NCBI GenBank assembly: GCA_022710645.1
Contig: JAKLGL010000002.1
Span: forward strand, 142,337-206,336
Reading direction: 5' to 3'
Source: Patescibacteria group bacterium
GTDB taxonomy: Bacteria > Patescibacteriota > Patescibacteriia > Magasanikbacterales > GWA2-37-8
DNA: 64,000 bases
In this document: in pieces, positions 37,056-46,886 of the stretch
Layout of the letters: each line of letters opens with the position of its first letter
How positions within the stretch are numbered: the first letter of the stretch is position 1
Notes under the pieces: generated by a model
Seen by the model: only the letters and a program-made list of their open reading frames with translations
Databases searched by the model: none
Told to the model about the DNA's origin: nothing
Translations under genes and position numbers: made by a program

Positions 37056-37745
37056 TTATTCAATTTTATCTGATTTTGTTAAATTACATTTAGCACAAAG
37101 CAACCGAATATTTTTAGCAGTCAAACTTGTTCCACCCCTTGAAAAGGGCAAGTCATGATCAAAATGTAAATTTTTCATTGATCCACATAATACACATTTT
37201 CCACTATCTCTTTTCCAAACTTCTTTTTTTACCTCACTAGGTATAAGCCTTGTATGTGCAAGATCAATATGTTCATTTGTAGTTAAATCTTGTTCATCTG
37301 ATAATTTTAAAGTAAATACAAAAACATTTCTCTTTCCGTCGTTTTTAATATTGTAATCAATTAAATCAAACAATCCTTTTAACGACCACACGCCAGTTAA
37401 AATTTTTTCATAAACCTTCACTGTTTCGGCTTTAGAAGTTTTATTTTTAAATTTTTTTACTGCTTCAATAAATTTTCCATTTTGGGTTAATGTGCCATTT
37501 CTGGTTTGTTGAGGTTGGTCAAATAATTTTGGATTCATTTCATAAGAAATTTTTGGCTCATCATGTCCTTCGTATTCAATAGTAATTCCATCATCAGAAA
37601 TACTATCGACATAAGGTGCATTTGATCTACGCGACATTAAAATAACAGAATATTTTGGATTCATTCTAAAGTTCATACCTCGTTGTAAGGTTTGGACATT
37701 CTCTATATCACACATTTCTCGATATGAGTATATTTGATCAATCAT
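37056..37745 (-). CDS. SRA(YDG)-HNH modification-dependent (Type IV-like) restriction endonuclease
   Basis: N-terminal SVILMSRRSNAPYVDSISDDGITIEYEGHD resembles the SRA core; C-terminal CVLCG...HFDHDLPFSRGG...NIRLLCAKCN is an HNH motif. Confidence 0.55.
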   Translation of the reverse strand: MIDQIYSYREMCDIENVQTLQRGMNFRMNPKYSVILMSRRSNAPYVDSISDDGITIEYEGHDEPKISYEMNPKLFDQPQQTRNGTLTQNGKFIEAVKKFKNKTSKAETVKVYEKILTGVWSLKGLFDLIDYNIKNDGKRNVFVFTLKLSDEQDLTTNEHIDLAHTRLIPSEVKKEVWKRDSGKCVLCGSMKNLHFDHDLPFSRGGTSLTAKNIRLLCAKCNLTKSDKIE

Positions 37746-37848
37746 ATTTAATTTAATATTTCTAAATAAATTTTACTCTTTCTAACCAAAAAACACAAGA
37801 TTTTTTAACAAAAAAGCTCCAGACAGGCACGTTGGAGCTTTTTTGTTT

Positions 37849-38538
37849 TTATCGCGACAGGCACGTGGCGACAAAAGATTTTAATTTTTCTTTTAACTTT
37901 TCCAATTCTTCTTCACTATATGTTTCTTCACTTAACATTTTTTCATCAACTGTTTTGGTGGGGACAAATTTCTGCAAAAAATATTTCTTCGCGCCGGCTA
38001 TTTCTTTACCTATTTGCAGGATATCATCAGGCGATAGTAAATTTTTTACCAATGTCGTGCGAAATTCATAATCAATCCCCGAATTTTTTATCATTTCCAC
38101 GCTTTGTTTTATTTTCTCTATATTCATCGGCATTCTGGTTATTTCTTCGTATTTAGCCAAAGGCGCTTTGATATCCATCGCGAGATAATTTACCAATTTT
38201 TGATCTATAATTTCTTTGAGCATTTCCGGATTAGTGCCATTGGTATCCAGTTTGATGAGAAATCCCAAGTCGCGGATTTTTTTGATAAATTCTATCAAAT
38301 CATATTGGAGTGTCGGTTCCCCGCCAGTGATAGATACTGCATCCAACTTTCCTACTCGTTCTTTCAAAAAATCAAAAAACTCATCTTCGTTTAAACTTTC
38401 CCCGAACATTTCCGGTTTTACCAATTCCGGATTGTGACAATACGGACAGCGAAAATTGCAACCTTGCGTGAAAACTATGCAAGCCACTTTATCCGGATAA
38501 TCTATCATGGAAAATTTTTGCAATCCGCCTATTTTCAT
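37849..38538 (-). CDS. nrdG: Anaerobic ribonucleoside-triphosphate reductase activating protein (radical SAM)
   Basis: FTQGCNFRCPYCHNPEL, a CxxxCxxC radical-SAM cluster motif; directly downstream of nrdD. Confidence 0.9.
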   Translation of the reverse strand: MKIGGLQKFSMIDYPDKVACIVFTQGCNFRCPYCHNPELVKPEMFGESLNEDEFFDFLKERVGKLDAVSITGGEPTLQYDLIEFIKKIRDLGFLIKLDTNGTNPEMLKEIIDQKLVNYLAMDIKAPLAKYEEITRMPMNIEKIKQSVEMIKNSGIDYEFRTTLVKNLLSPDDILQIGKEIAGAKKYFLQKFVPTKTVDEKMLSEETYSEEELEKLKEKLKSFVATCLSR

Positions 38539-38539
38539 A

Positions 38540-40678
38540 TTAACAAGTAGCGCAAGTTGTTTGTAAAGTTTCTACTTCTTCGGTTGTTCCCGGAACTTTG
38601 AAAGTTTTACGCATACCAAATTCCGCTTTTTTGCCATGATTCCATTGTTGTACCGGGCGGAGATAACCGACGACGCGAGAATAAACTTCAGTTTTAGCTT
38701 TACAATCCGGACATTCAAAATGTTCACCAACTATATATCCATGACTTGGGCAAACACTGAAAGTCGGAGAAAAAGTGAAGTATGGTAATTTATAAGTATT
38801 ACAAATTTTCTTCACCATATTTTTTACCACTTCCACACTATTTATTTTTTCTCCCACAAATAGATGCATCACTGTGCCACCGGTATATTTGGTTTGCAAT
38901 CCATCTTGCATATCCATAGCTTCGAAAATATCATCTGTATGATTTACCGGCAATTGAGTGGAGTTGGTATAAAAAGGATGAGCGCCTTTTTGATATTCTT
39001 CTTCGTTAGCCACGATAATTTCCGGATATTTGATTTTGTCTTTGCTAGCTAGACGGAAAGAAGTGCCTTCAGCCGGAGTAGCTTCTAGATTATAGATACT
39101 GCCGGTTTCTGTTTGATAAACTTGCAATCTGTCGCGCATAAAATTCATAATGCGGATGGCAAAATCCAAACCTTCTTTTTCCGTGATATTTTTTCCCAAT
39201 AAATTTTTTGCCGCTTCATTCATACCGACCAAACCGATGGTGCCAAAATGATTTTTCCAATATTGATCAAAACGAGCTTTGATATTGCGTAAATAATATT
39301 TAGCGTAAGGATAAAGATTTTTTTCCGTCAAAGTTTCCAAAATTTTTCTTTTGATTTCCAAACTATCTTTGGCTAAATCCATCAAACGACCGAGTTTTTC
39401 TTTGAATTCTTCTTCGGTTTTGGATGTATAACCCAAACGTGGCATATTGATAGTGACTACCCCGATAGAACCGGTGAGCGGGTTGGCGCCGAAAAGTCCG
39501 CCACCTCTGGATTGTAATTCGCGATTATCAATACGCAAACGACAACACATACTGCGAGCATCTTCCGGATTCATATCAGAATTTACGAAATTGGAGAAAT
39601 ACGGAATACCATATTTAGCCGTCATTTCCCAGAGATTTTTGAGTTCAGGATTATCCCAATCAAAATCTTTGGTGATGTTATATGTCGGAATCGGGAAAGT
39701 GAAAACGCGTCCTTTGGCATCCCCTTCCATCATCACTTCAAAAAACGCTTTATTGAACATATCCATTTCTGCTTGGAATTCTCCGTAAGTTTCTTTTTGC
39801 GGTTTACCACCGATAATCACCGGTTGATCTTTGTAATAACTCGGCACTTTCAAATCCATGGTAACATTGGTAAAAGGAGTTTGAAAACCTACGCGAGTCG
39901 GCACGTTGACATTGAAAACAAATTCTTGCAAACATTGTTTTACATCTTTGTAACTCAAATTGTCATAACGGATAAACGGAGCAAGTAAAGTATCAAAATT
40001 GGAAAAAGCTTGTGCGCCGGCAGCTTCACCTTGGAGGGTGTAAAAGAAATTTACCACTTGACCCAAAGCCGGACGTAAATGTTTGGCCGGTTTGGTCTCT
40101 ACTTTTCCCGCTACTCCGGTGAAACCTTCCACCAATAAATCGTGCAAATCCCAACCTACGCAATAAACAGACAAAATATTCAAATCGTGAATATGAAAAT
40201 CACCTTCCAAATAGGCGTTTTTGATTTCTTTTGGATAAATTTTATTCAACCAATAAACTTTACTGATTTCCGAAGATATATAGTTATTCAAACCTTGAAG
40301 AGAAAAAGCCATGTTGCTATTCTCGTTTACTTGCCAATCAGCTTGAGAGAGATATTGATCAACCAAATCCACACTGGCGCGATTGGTCAATTCACGAAGT
40401 TGTTTGTGTTGTTCACGATAGATAATGTATGATTTCGCGGTTTTGGTATAAGTGGAATCGATAAGCACGGCTTCAACGATATCTTGCAAATCTTCCACGG
40501 TCGGAACTTCTTTACGAATCATTTTCCCGGCCAATTGTACAACTTTGAGAGCGAGACGACGAGCCGTGTTTTCATCAAATTCCCCGGTCGCCGCGCCGGC
40601 TTTGGCGATAGCTTGAATTATTTTTTCGGCGTCAAAATCAACCACTCGCCCGTCCCTCTTTTTGATTTTATCAAACAT
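38540..40678 (-). CDS. nrdD: Anaerobic ribonucleoside-triphosphate reductase
   Basis: 712 aa with an ATP-cone-like N-terminus; C-terminal Zn ribbon CPSHGY...CPDCK and glycyl-radical region ...RVVGYLRPV. Confidence 0.9.
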   Translation of the reverse strand: MFDKIKKRDGRVVDFDAEKIIQAIAKAGAATGEFDENTARRLALKVVQLAGKMIRKEVPTVEDLQDIVEAVLIDSTYTKTAKSYIIYREQHKQLRELTNRASVDLVDQYLSQADWQVNENSNMAFSLQGLNNYISSEISKVYWLNKIYPKEIKNAYLEGDFHIHDLNILSVYCVGWDLHDLLVEGFTGVAGKVETKPAKHLRPALGQVVNFFYTLQGEAAGAQAFSNFDTLLAPFIRYDNLSYKDVKQCLQEFVFNVNVPTRVGFQTPFTNVTMDLKVPSYYKDQPVIIGGKPQKETYGEFQAEMDMFNKAFFEVMMEGDAKGRVFTFPIPTYNITKDFDWDNPELKNLWEMTAKYGIPYFSNFVNSDMNPEDARSMCCRLRIDNRELQSRGGGLFGANPLTGSIGVVTINMPRLGYTSKTEEEFKEKLGRLMDLAKDSLEIKRKILETLTEKNLYPYAKYYLRNIKARFDQYWKNHFGTIGLVGMNEAAKNLLGKNITEKEGLDFAIRIMNFMRDRLQVYQTETGSIYNLEATPAEGTSFRLASKDKIKYPEIIVANEEEYQKGAHPFYTNSTQLPVNHTDDIFEAMDMQDGLQTKYTGGTVMHLFVGEKINSVEVVKNMVKKICNTYKLPYFTFSPTFSVCPSHGYIVGEHFECPDCKAKTEVYSRVVGYLRPVQQWNHGKKAEFGMRKTFKVPGTTEEVETLQTTCATC

Positions 40679-40761
40679 ATTTTTTTAAAAAAATTAATTA
40701 TTTTTTAAATTTATTAATGTTTTAGCCTTTTCTACCAGTTGTGTTTTGTATTTTATCTTAA

Positions 40762-40777
40762 ACACAACATATTGTGT
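40762..40777. promoter_or_regulatory. NrdR-box-like palindrome ACACAACATATTGTGT upstream of nrdDG
   Basis: Matches the NrdR consensus acaCwAtATaTwGtgt; a second degenerate half-site pair lies at about 40731-40755. Confidence 0.45.
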
Positions 40778-40948
40778 TTAATCTTAGTATTGTCATTATA
40801 ACACTTCCGTCAAGGACAGCCAATAGTAAAATTAATTTTGCTGTATTAACGATAAATTTTGAGGAGAATAAAATTTTAAAAAAAAGTTATCCACAAAGAA
40901 AATAAAAAAACCGGCCGTTTATATACGACCGGGGTTTGAAATGTCTTT

Positions 40949-41137
40949 TCATTTTTCTTTTTGGCAGTTGCAACCCTTTTCAATGTGATAAAAAGCGCCG
41001 CAAACACGACAAAGTTCAAAGATGTTGGTGTTTTGACACACCAGACAACAGGTTTTCTTTTTTAGACCGTTGTTTTCGATCTCTTTTTGTTGTGTTTCAA
41101 AACCACAAAAAGAACAATGGACAAACGTACTGTTCAT
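40949..41137 (-). CDS. Small 9-Cys zinc-ribbon protein
   Basis: Strong ribosome-binding site AAGGAGGAT; CSFCG...CCLVCQ...CRVCG...CNC. Confidence 0.55.
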   Translation of the reverse strand: MNSTFVHCSFCGFETQQKEIENNGLKKKTCCLVCQNTNIFELCRVCGAFYHIEKGCNCQKEK

Positions 41138-41252
41138 TTTATCCTCCTTTAAACGTTTGGTTTACGAAAAGAACCATGTTTTTTTATCACTGTTTATCGA
41201 AAAAGTCAATCCGCTTGTTTTAAAAAGGTTTATATATTACAATTAAACCAAT

Positions 41253-42290
41253 ATGGATGAAGAATTTATTATCGAAGAAGGAGAAAGATTGGCTCAAGCG
41301 GAAAACCTGCCTGAGGAGGTTGTTTTTGAAAATAATTTACGCCCGCAAAAACTGGCTGATTTTGTCGGTCAAGAACAAATCAAACAAAATCTGGATATTT
41401 CCATGCAAGCGGCCAAAAAACGTGGAGACTCACTGGAACATGTATTGCTTTATGGCAACCCCGGTTTGGGAAAAACCACGTTGGCGCATATTATCGGCAA
41501 AGAAATGAATGCCAATGTAAAAATCACCGCCGGACCGGCTTTGGAAAAAGTCGGCGATTTGGCCGCCATACTTTCCAATCTGGAAAACGGTGAAATTTTG
41601 TTTATTGATGAAATTCATCGTTTGAACAAAACCATCGAAGAGGTTCTTTACCCGGCGCTGGAGGATTATTCTCTGGATATTATCATCGGTTCCGGACCGG
41701 CCGCGCGCACTATTCGCATGCCGCTTAATCGTTTTACTCTTATCGGGGCCACCACCAAAATGAGTATGATTTCCGGACCGCTCCGAGATCGCTTCGGACA
41801 TGCTTATCACCTGAATTTTTACGAAGAAAAAGATATAGAACAAATTTTGCATCGTAGCGCCAAAATACTCAATGTGCCGATAGATGAAAAATCTCTAAAA
41901 ATAGTTTCCGCGCGCGCGCGAAGAACTCCTCGTATTGCCAACCGCTTGCTCAAAAGAGTTCGCGATTTCGCGGAAGTAAAAAATGACGGAAAACTCGATG
42001 AAAAAATTACCAACGAAGCTTTGTCTATGTTATCAATTGACGAATACGGTCTGGATGAAGTGGATCGTCGATTGCTTGAAACTTTGATTGAAAAGTTCAA
42101 CGGCGGACCGGTAGGATTAAACACTTTGGCCGCGGCCATTTCCGAAGAAATGGACAGTATAGAAAACATTTATGAACCGTATTTATTGCAAACAGGTTTT
42201 TTGGAACGCACACCTCGCGGACGCAAAGCTACGCCTTTGGCTTACAAACATTTAGGGTTTGAAGAACCAAAAAATAACACTTTAATATAA
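41253..42290 (+). CDS. ruvB: Holliday junction branch-migration helicase
   Basis: LLYGNPGLGKTTLAHII (Walker A), IDEIHRL, and a winged-helix C-terminus. Confidence 0.95.
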   Translation: MDEEFIIEEGERLAQAENLPEEVVFENNLRPQKLADFVGQEQIKQNLDISMQAAKKRGDSLEHVLLYGNPGLGKTTLAHIIGKEMNANVKITAGPALEKVGDLAAILSNLENGEILFIDEIHRLNKTIEEVLYPALEDYSLDIIIGSGPAARTIRMPLNRFTLIGATTKMSMISGPLRDRFGHAYHLNFYEEKDIEQILHRSAKILNVPIDEKSLKIVSARARRTPRIANRLLKRVRDFAEVKNDGKLDEKITNEALSMLSIDEYGLDEVDRRLLETLIEKFNGGPVGLNTLAAAISEEMDSIENIYEPYLLQTGFLERTPRGRKATPLAYKHLGFEEPKNNTLI

Positions 42291-42300
42291 GCAATCTATT

Positions 42301-42573
42301 ATGTCTTTCGTTTTTTCCATACCTCTTTACGCCTTTCTTTTCGCTTTTTTTGGATTTTTGGTGATTTTTGTTATTTTCTTTTTTATAGATCTTTATCATA
42401 TTTTTGAAACCAGTTCTCTGACAATGACCAGTTTGGCAATAACCGTTTTGATAACCACCGTTTCCGCTTTAACTATTTTCTTCTTATGGTATCTATTGCA
42501 AGATGTGGATTGGAAAACGGCAATAACCGTTTTTGACAGCGCTTGGATAACTGATATTTTTAATTTAAAATAA
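42301..42573 (+). CDS. Hypothetical small membrane protein
   Basis: 90 aa, two or three transmembrane helices. Confidence 0.45.
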   Translation: MSFVFSIPLYAFLFAFFGFLVIFVIFFFIDLYHIFETSSLTMTSLAITVLITTVSALTIFFLWYLLQDVDWKTAITVFDSAWITDIFNLK

Positions 42574-42588
42574 ATACGGAATAAATAA

Positions 42589-43134
42589 TTGAAAAATATG
42601 TCTATCGGCAAAATAGTCACCTTAAAAAATTACGAAAAAGAAATTTTCAGACTTCGCAGACATTTGATCACTTTTTTACCGGCATTTTTATTGTATGTTT
42701 TAGGTTTGATTTTACCCGTAGCGGCCGGGATTTATTTTTATATCACCTTGGGCACGGAATTTACCGGCGCTGTTTACACTCCGATTCTCATTTTGATAGC
42801 CGGTGTTTATATGCTTTCCATCAGTTTGTTTTTTTATTCTTATTTTGTGGACTTTTATTTGGATATCTTTTTTGTCACCAACGACCGTTTGGTGGATGTC
42901 AATCAAAACAATTTATTCGCGCGTACGGTTTCAGAAGTGGATCTCTACAGAATCCAAGATATAACTTCGGAGATAAAAGGTATTTCTCAACAATTGTTCA
43001 ATTACGGCACGATAATCATTCAAACAGCGGCCACAGAACCAAAATTTGTGGTTTATAAAGTTCCCGATCCTCACGGCTTGCGACAAAAACTCTTGGATCT
43101 CGCCGAAGCTGACAGACAATATCATCAAAAATAA
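42589..43134 (+). CDS. Membrane protein with a bacterial PH-like (YdbT/DUF304-type) domain
   Basis: Two transmembrane helices then a cytoplasmic domain ...VYKVPDPHGLRQKL. Confidence 0.5.
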   Translation: MKNMSIGKIVTLKNYEKEIFRLRRHLITFLPAFLLYVLGLILPVAAGIYFYITLGTEFTGAVYTPILILIAGVYMLSISLFFYSYFVDFYLDIFFVTNDRLVDVNQNNLFARTVSEVDLYRIQDITSEIKGISQQLFNYGTIIIQTAATEPKFVVYKVPDPHGLRQKLLDLAEADRQYHQK

Positions 43135-43140
43135 TTTCTA

Positions 43141-43183
43141 AAAAATATTCTCCGCTTTTGGCGGAGAATATTTTTTAGGCATT
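43141..43183. terminator. Bidirectional terminator
   Basis: AATATTCTCCGC-ttttg-GCGGAGAATATT with flanking A- and T-runs. Confidence 0.7.
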
Positions 43184-43357
43184 GCTGCTCTTTATTTCCT
43201 TTTTTTTATTTTTTTCATCTTCTTCTTTTTTCTTTTTTTCTTCGAATTCAGCCGGGGTAGGTATATAAAAAGGGTCTTCGGGATCGGAAATTGTTTCCTC
43301 CTCTACTCGAGGTTTGATTACTCTGTCTCCCCCTTGCCACCTTCTACTTTCACTCAT
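43175..43357 (-). CDS. Hypothetical small charged protein
   Basis: 60-aa ORF, Lys/Glu-rich; weak evidence. Confidence 0.25.
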   Translation of the reverse strand: MSESRRWQGGDRVIKPRVEEETISDPEDPFYIPTPAEFEEKKKKEEDEKNKKKEIKSSNA

Positions 43358-43376
43358 ATATTTAAAAAATTAAAAA

Positions 43377-45239
43377 CTAATATATTTTTTCTACACTTGT
43401 CCCTTTGTAATAATACTGCAAAAGTTGATTATATGTCCAGCCGTCTTTATCGGCGCGTTGCGAAGCATCCCAAGCACTCATGCCGACTCCATGACCAAAC
43501 ATATTTTGCCCTTCATCATAAATACATGTAACCGGTTGGAGCCATTCTTTATCCGTTCCGCCCCAAACCTCTTTCCAAGTGCGTGTTTTACCATCAGAAT
43601 GACCAAAATAAGGGGTTATGACCGGTTGGCTGTTATAAGTGACCATTTCTCCGTTTGTCACGCGCGCAGCTTGAACTACGCGAGGCATCAAAATTTCAGA
43701 ATTATATCCGAGATATAGCTGATCGGCAGTAGTAGCATACAAATCAAAAGTGCGTTGATCTGCGGGAACTCCGTTGTTCAGATGATAATAGGCGTAAGAC
43801 CTGGCCGCAACCAATATGGCTTTTATATATTCCATTGCCGCTCCGTTACTGGTCTCGGCAATGCCGGCAATATAACTATCCATTGGCAATTCGTTTATTA
43901 CATAAGGCGCGTCGCTTTTCGGGGAATATTTAAATTCCATTATTCCGCGATAAGCGTTAAAATTTTTATTTCCTTTCCAGCTCACATATCTGTCATAATC
44001 AAGCAAAGTAAAATAATGATTGAAATCATAAGGAACCAATCGCAATCTTTCTTGAGCGGTAAAATTCAAATTTGGACTGTTGAAATAATAATTCCCTCCG
44101 GAATATCTCATTGTCGCCGTTTCTCCGCCGAAAAGAGTTCCTTGCAAAACACTGCCGGCATAGACTTCATAGGAAAAATCCGACTTAAATTTTACATCTT
44201 CCGTAGCTTTGTAAAGACCGATTCTCACACTCGGTTCGGCTACCAAAATTCGATTATTCGTAAATACCGGCTCTTGATAAGAATAAGGAGCATCCTGCAA
44301 AACCGTAACCGGAATTTCCAAAGTTCCTCCGTCAAGAGTGTGGTTATTGGCTGTCAATTGAAATCTGGCAACATATTCTCCTTTTTGTCGCGGAGCGCGA
44401 AAATAAAATTCTATTCTGGTTGATTCGCCGGTTTTTACAGAAGTCGAACCTTGAAAAATTTTTACCGGAGAAAGCCAACTATTATCGGCAATGTTGACTT
44501 TTAACGAACCTGTCGCCGCGCCGGTAGAACCGGCTTCTTGCCAGAGAAAATTATCCCAAGTCGTAGATCCGACATTGGTATACATCACGATAAAACCTAT
44601 TTTATCTCCCCCGTTAGCCGTCATTTTATAAGCTGTCATCGCCGAAAGATGAGCTTTGTATTCTCGACTGCTTTTTTCCGCTTCATCCGGCAGTTGTCCG
44701 ACATCGTTTCCTGATTTATTTTCATCATCGTTTGCAATCGTCGCGGTATTTGGTATAACTTTGATATCCAAATAAAAATAACTGCTTTTAATCCAAGTTT
44801 TATTTTCCGCAGCCAAATAAAAATCTTCACGATATGTACCTGTTTTGGTTGGAGCTTTGAGCTTTAATTTGATTTCAGCCGTTTCTCCGGAAATCGTTCT
44901 TTTGGTGATTTTGGCCGGATTGGAAGCAGAAATCCAGGTGCTATTGGCAAAAACACTGGCGCGGTAATTTTTATTAACCGTATAAGCAGAAACATAATTT
45001 TTACCCGTAATCTCCCAGGCGGCTTTACCGACATTTTTTATTTTTACTGTTATTTCTTTGGTTTCTCCGGCTTTGATTTCAATCGGTTCTTTCACGGAGA
45101 CACTGACATATTTGCCCAGATAAGCGGAATCTTTGAAAGGAGGAGGAGTGAAGCTGATAGCTTTAACATTATCAGTCATTAGTAAACTGAGGCTGATCAA
45201 TAAAAATATTAACACTGCTTTCAAACGCATAATTTTCAA
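43377..45239 (-). CDS. Secreted SpoIID/LytB-domain protein with N-terminal repeat (CARDB-like) domains
   Basis: Signal peptide; C-terminal ...MDSYIAGIAETSNGAAMEYIKAILVAARSYAYYH...FGHGVGMSAWDA, a SpoIID/LytB signature. Confidence 0.7.
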   Translation of the reverse strand: MKIMRLKAVLIFLLISLSLLMTDNVKAISFTPPPFKDSAYLGKYVSVSVKEPIEIKAGETKEITVKIKNVGKAAWEITGKNYVSAYTVNKNYRASVFANSTWISASNPAKITKRTISGETAEIKLKLKAPTKTGTYREDFYLAAENKTWIKSSYFYLDIKVIPNTATIANDDENKSGNDVGQLPDEAEKSSREYKAHLSAMTAYKMTANGGDKIGFIVMYTNVGSTTWDNFLWQEAGSTGAATGSLKVNIADNSWLSPVKIFQGSTSVKTGESTRIEFYFRAPRQKGEYVARFQLTANNHTLDGGTLEIPVTVLQDAPYSYQEPVFTNNRILVAEPSVRIGLYKATEDVKFKSDFSYEVYAGSVLQGTLFGGETATMRYSGGNYYFNSPNLNFTAQERLRLVPYDFNHYFTLLDYDRYVSWKGNKNFNAYRGIMEFKYSPKSDAPYVINELPMDSYIAGIAETSNGAAMEYIKAILVAARSYAYYHLNNGVPADQRTFDLYATTADQLYLGYNSEILMPRVVQAARVTNGEMVTYNSQPVITPYFGHSDGKTRTWKEVWGGTDKEWLQPVTCIYDEGQNMFGHGVGMSAWDASQRADKDGWTYNQLLQYYYKGTSVEKIY

Positions 45240-45340
45240 TTTTTAATTTAAAATTTTCAATTAATTATCAATTTTCCATTTTCAATGACGCTTTGTAAAT
45301 TACTTCATTGAAAATTCACTGAAAATTGTAAAACCTGCCT

Positions 45341-45360
45341 GCCGGCAGGCAGGTTGAAAA
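45341..45360. repeat. Second copy of the perfect 20-bp palindrome CCTGCCTGCCGGCAGGCAGG
   Basis: Identical to 3001-3020; embedded in TTGAAAATT-rich intergenic DNA. Confidence 0.6.
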
Positions 45361-45435
45361 TTAAAAATTCTATTTATAGATTTATTATATCACACTTTCC
45401 CTTTTTGGTCAGAAAAAATAATTTATGCTATAATA

Positions 45436-46860
45436 ATGAGGATTTTTATGTCTCAAACAAAACAAATTTATCAAAATACTTTGATCCAGCTGGTCGGCAA
45501 GATTATCAGCACTCTTTTGGGTTTGGCGGCGGTAGCCATAATGACTCGTTCTCTCGGAGTGGAAAAATTTGGTTGGTATGCCACAGCCACCGGTTTCTTG
45601 CAATTTATCGGTATTTTTTGTGATTTCGGTTTTACGGTTGTGTCCGCCAACATGTTATCTCGTCCGGATTTTGATAAGAAATCTCTTTTTAACAATCTTT
45701 TCACCCTGAGATTTATTACTGCGATTTTATTCCAAGGGTTACTTCCTTTTTCTATTTTGCTTTTCCCTTATCCTATTGAAATAAAATTAGCCGTAGCCAT
45801 AATCGCTCTTTCTTTTATAAACACTTCCATCAATCAAGTCTTTATCGCCTCTTTACAAACAAAACTACAGATGCACTTGCAATCTATCGGCGAAATTATC
45901 GGCCGTGTTGTTTTGATACTCGGCGCTTTGTTGGTAGCAAAAAATAACTTCGGATTTTTACCAATGATGGCGGTGATAACTCTGGCTTCGTTTTTTTATA
46001 CCGGCTATCTCTGGTATAAAAGCGAAAAAATTAAATTTCAATTTGATAAAGAAATTTCCAAAGCGATTTTTATTCAGATGTGGCCGACGGCTTTGGCGGT
46101 TATCTTTAACGCTATTTATTTACAGGGCGACAGAGTTCTTTTACCTCTTTTCGTTCCGCAAACCGATGTGGCATTTTACGGCGCCGCTTATAGAGTTTTG
46201 GATATCGTCATCCAAGTTTGTTCCATGATAATGGGTATTATGACTCCCCTTTTGGCTTTTGCTTGGTCTCGCAAACTTGCGGAAGATTTCAAAAAAAATG
46301 CGCAACTGTCTTTTGATCTTTTGATGACATTGCTTATTCCCATGGTTTGCGGAATTTTTGTTTTGGCCGAACCGATAATGAGCTTTGTAGCCGGTAACGA
46401 TTTTTCCGGAGCCGGAAAAATTCTCCGCATTTTGATAATTTCTATTTTCGGCGTTTGTTTTGGTATGGTTTTCGGACATTTGGCTTTAGCTATCAATCGC
46501 CAAAAACAAGTTTTTTGGATTTATTTTTCCGATGCGATTTTGAGTGTCATCGGTTACTTGATTTTTATCCCCAAATTCGGCATGTATGGCGCGGCTTACG
46601 TCACTATTTTTTCCGAATTCTACGCCGGAATTTTATTATTGATAACAGCTTTTTATTACAGTCGCTTTTTCCCGAAATTCTTTACTTTTTTCAAAATAAC
46701 TCTCCTCTCTTTACTAATGTCAGTTTTGCTTTATAATTTAAGAGAAGAACCTATCTTGATCTTGATATCTCTTTCCGGATTATTTTATACTCTGGGAGCT
46801 ATCGCGTTGAAAATATTTTCTCGCGACAGTTTGATTCAACTTATTCCTTTTAAAAAATAA
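45436..46860 (+). CDS. MOP-superfamily polysaccharide flippase (Wzx/MurJ-like)
   Basis: 474 aa, about 14 predicted transmembrane helices, typical of the polysaccharide biosynthesis protein family. Confidence 0.7.
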   Translation: MRIFMSQTKQIYQNTLIQLVGKIISTLLGLAAVAIMTRSLGVEKFGWYATATGFLQFIGIFCDFGFTVVSANMLSRPDFDKKSLFNNLFTLRFITAILFQGLLPFSILLFPYPIEIKLAVAIIALSFINTSINQVFIASLQTKLQMHLQSIGEIIGRVVLILGALLVAKNNFGFLPMMAVITLASFFYTGYLWYKSEKIKFQFDKEISKAIFIQMWPTALAVIFNAIYLQGDRVLLPLFVPQTDVAFYGAAYRVLDIVIQVCSMIMGIMTPLLAFAWSRKLAEDFKKNAQLSFDLLMTLLIPMVCGIFVLAEPIMSFVAGNDFSGAGKILRILIISIFGVCFGMVFGHLALAINRQKQVFWIYFSDAILSVIGYLIFIPKFGMYGAAYVTIFSEFYAGILLLITAFYYSRFFPKFFTFFKITLLSLLMSVLLYNLREEPILILISLSGLFYTLGAIALKIFSRDSLIQLIPFKK

Positions 46861-46886
46861 TTTAAAGAATTAATCATTTTAAAAAT

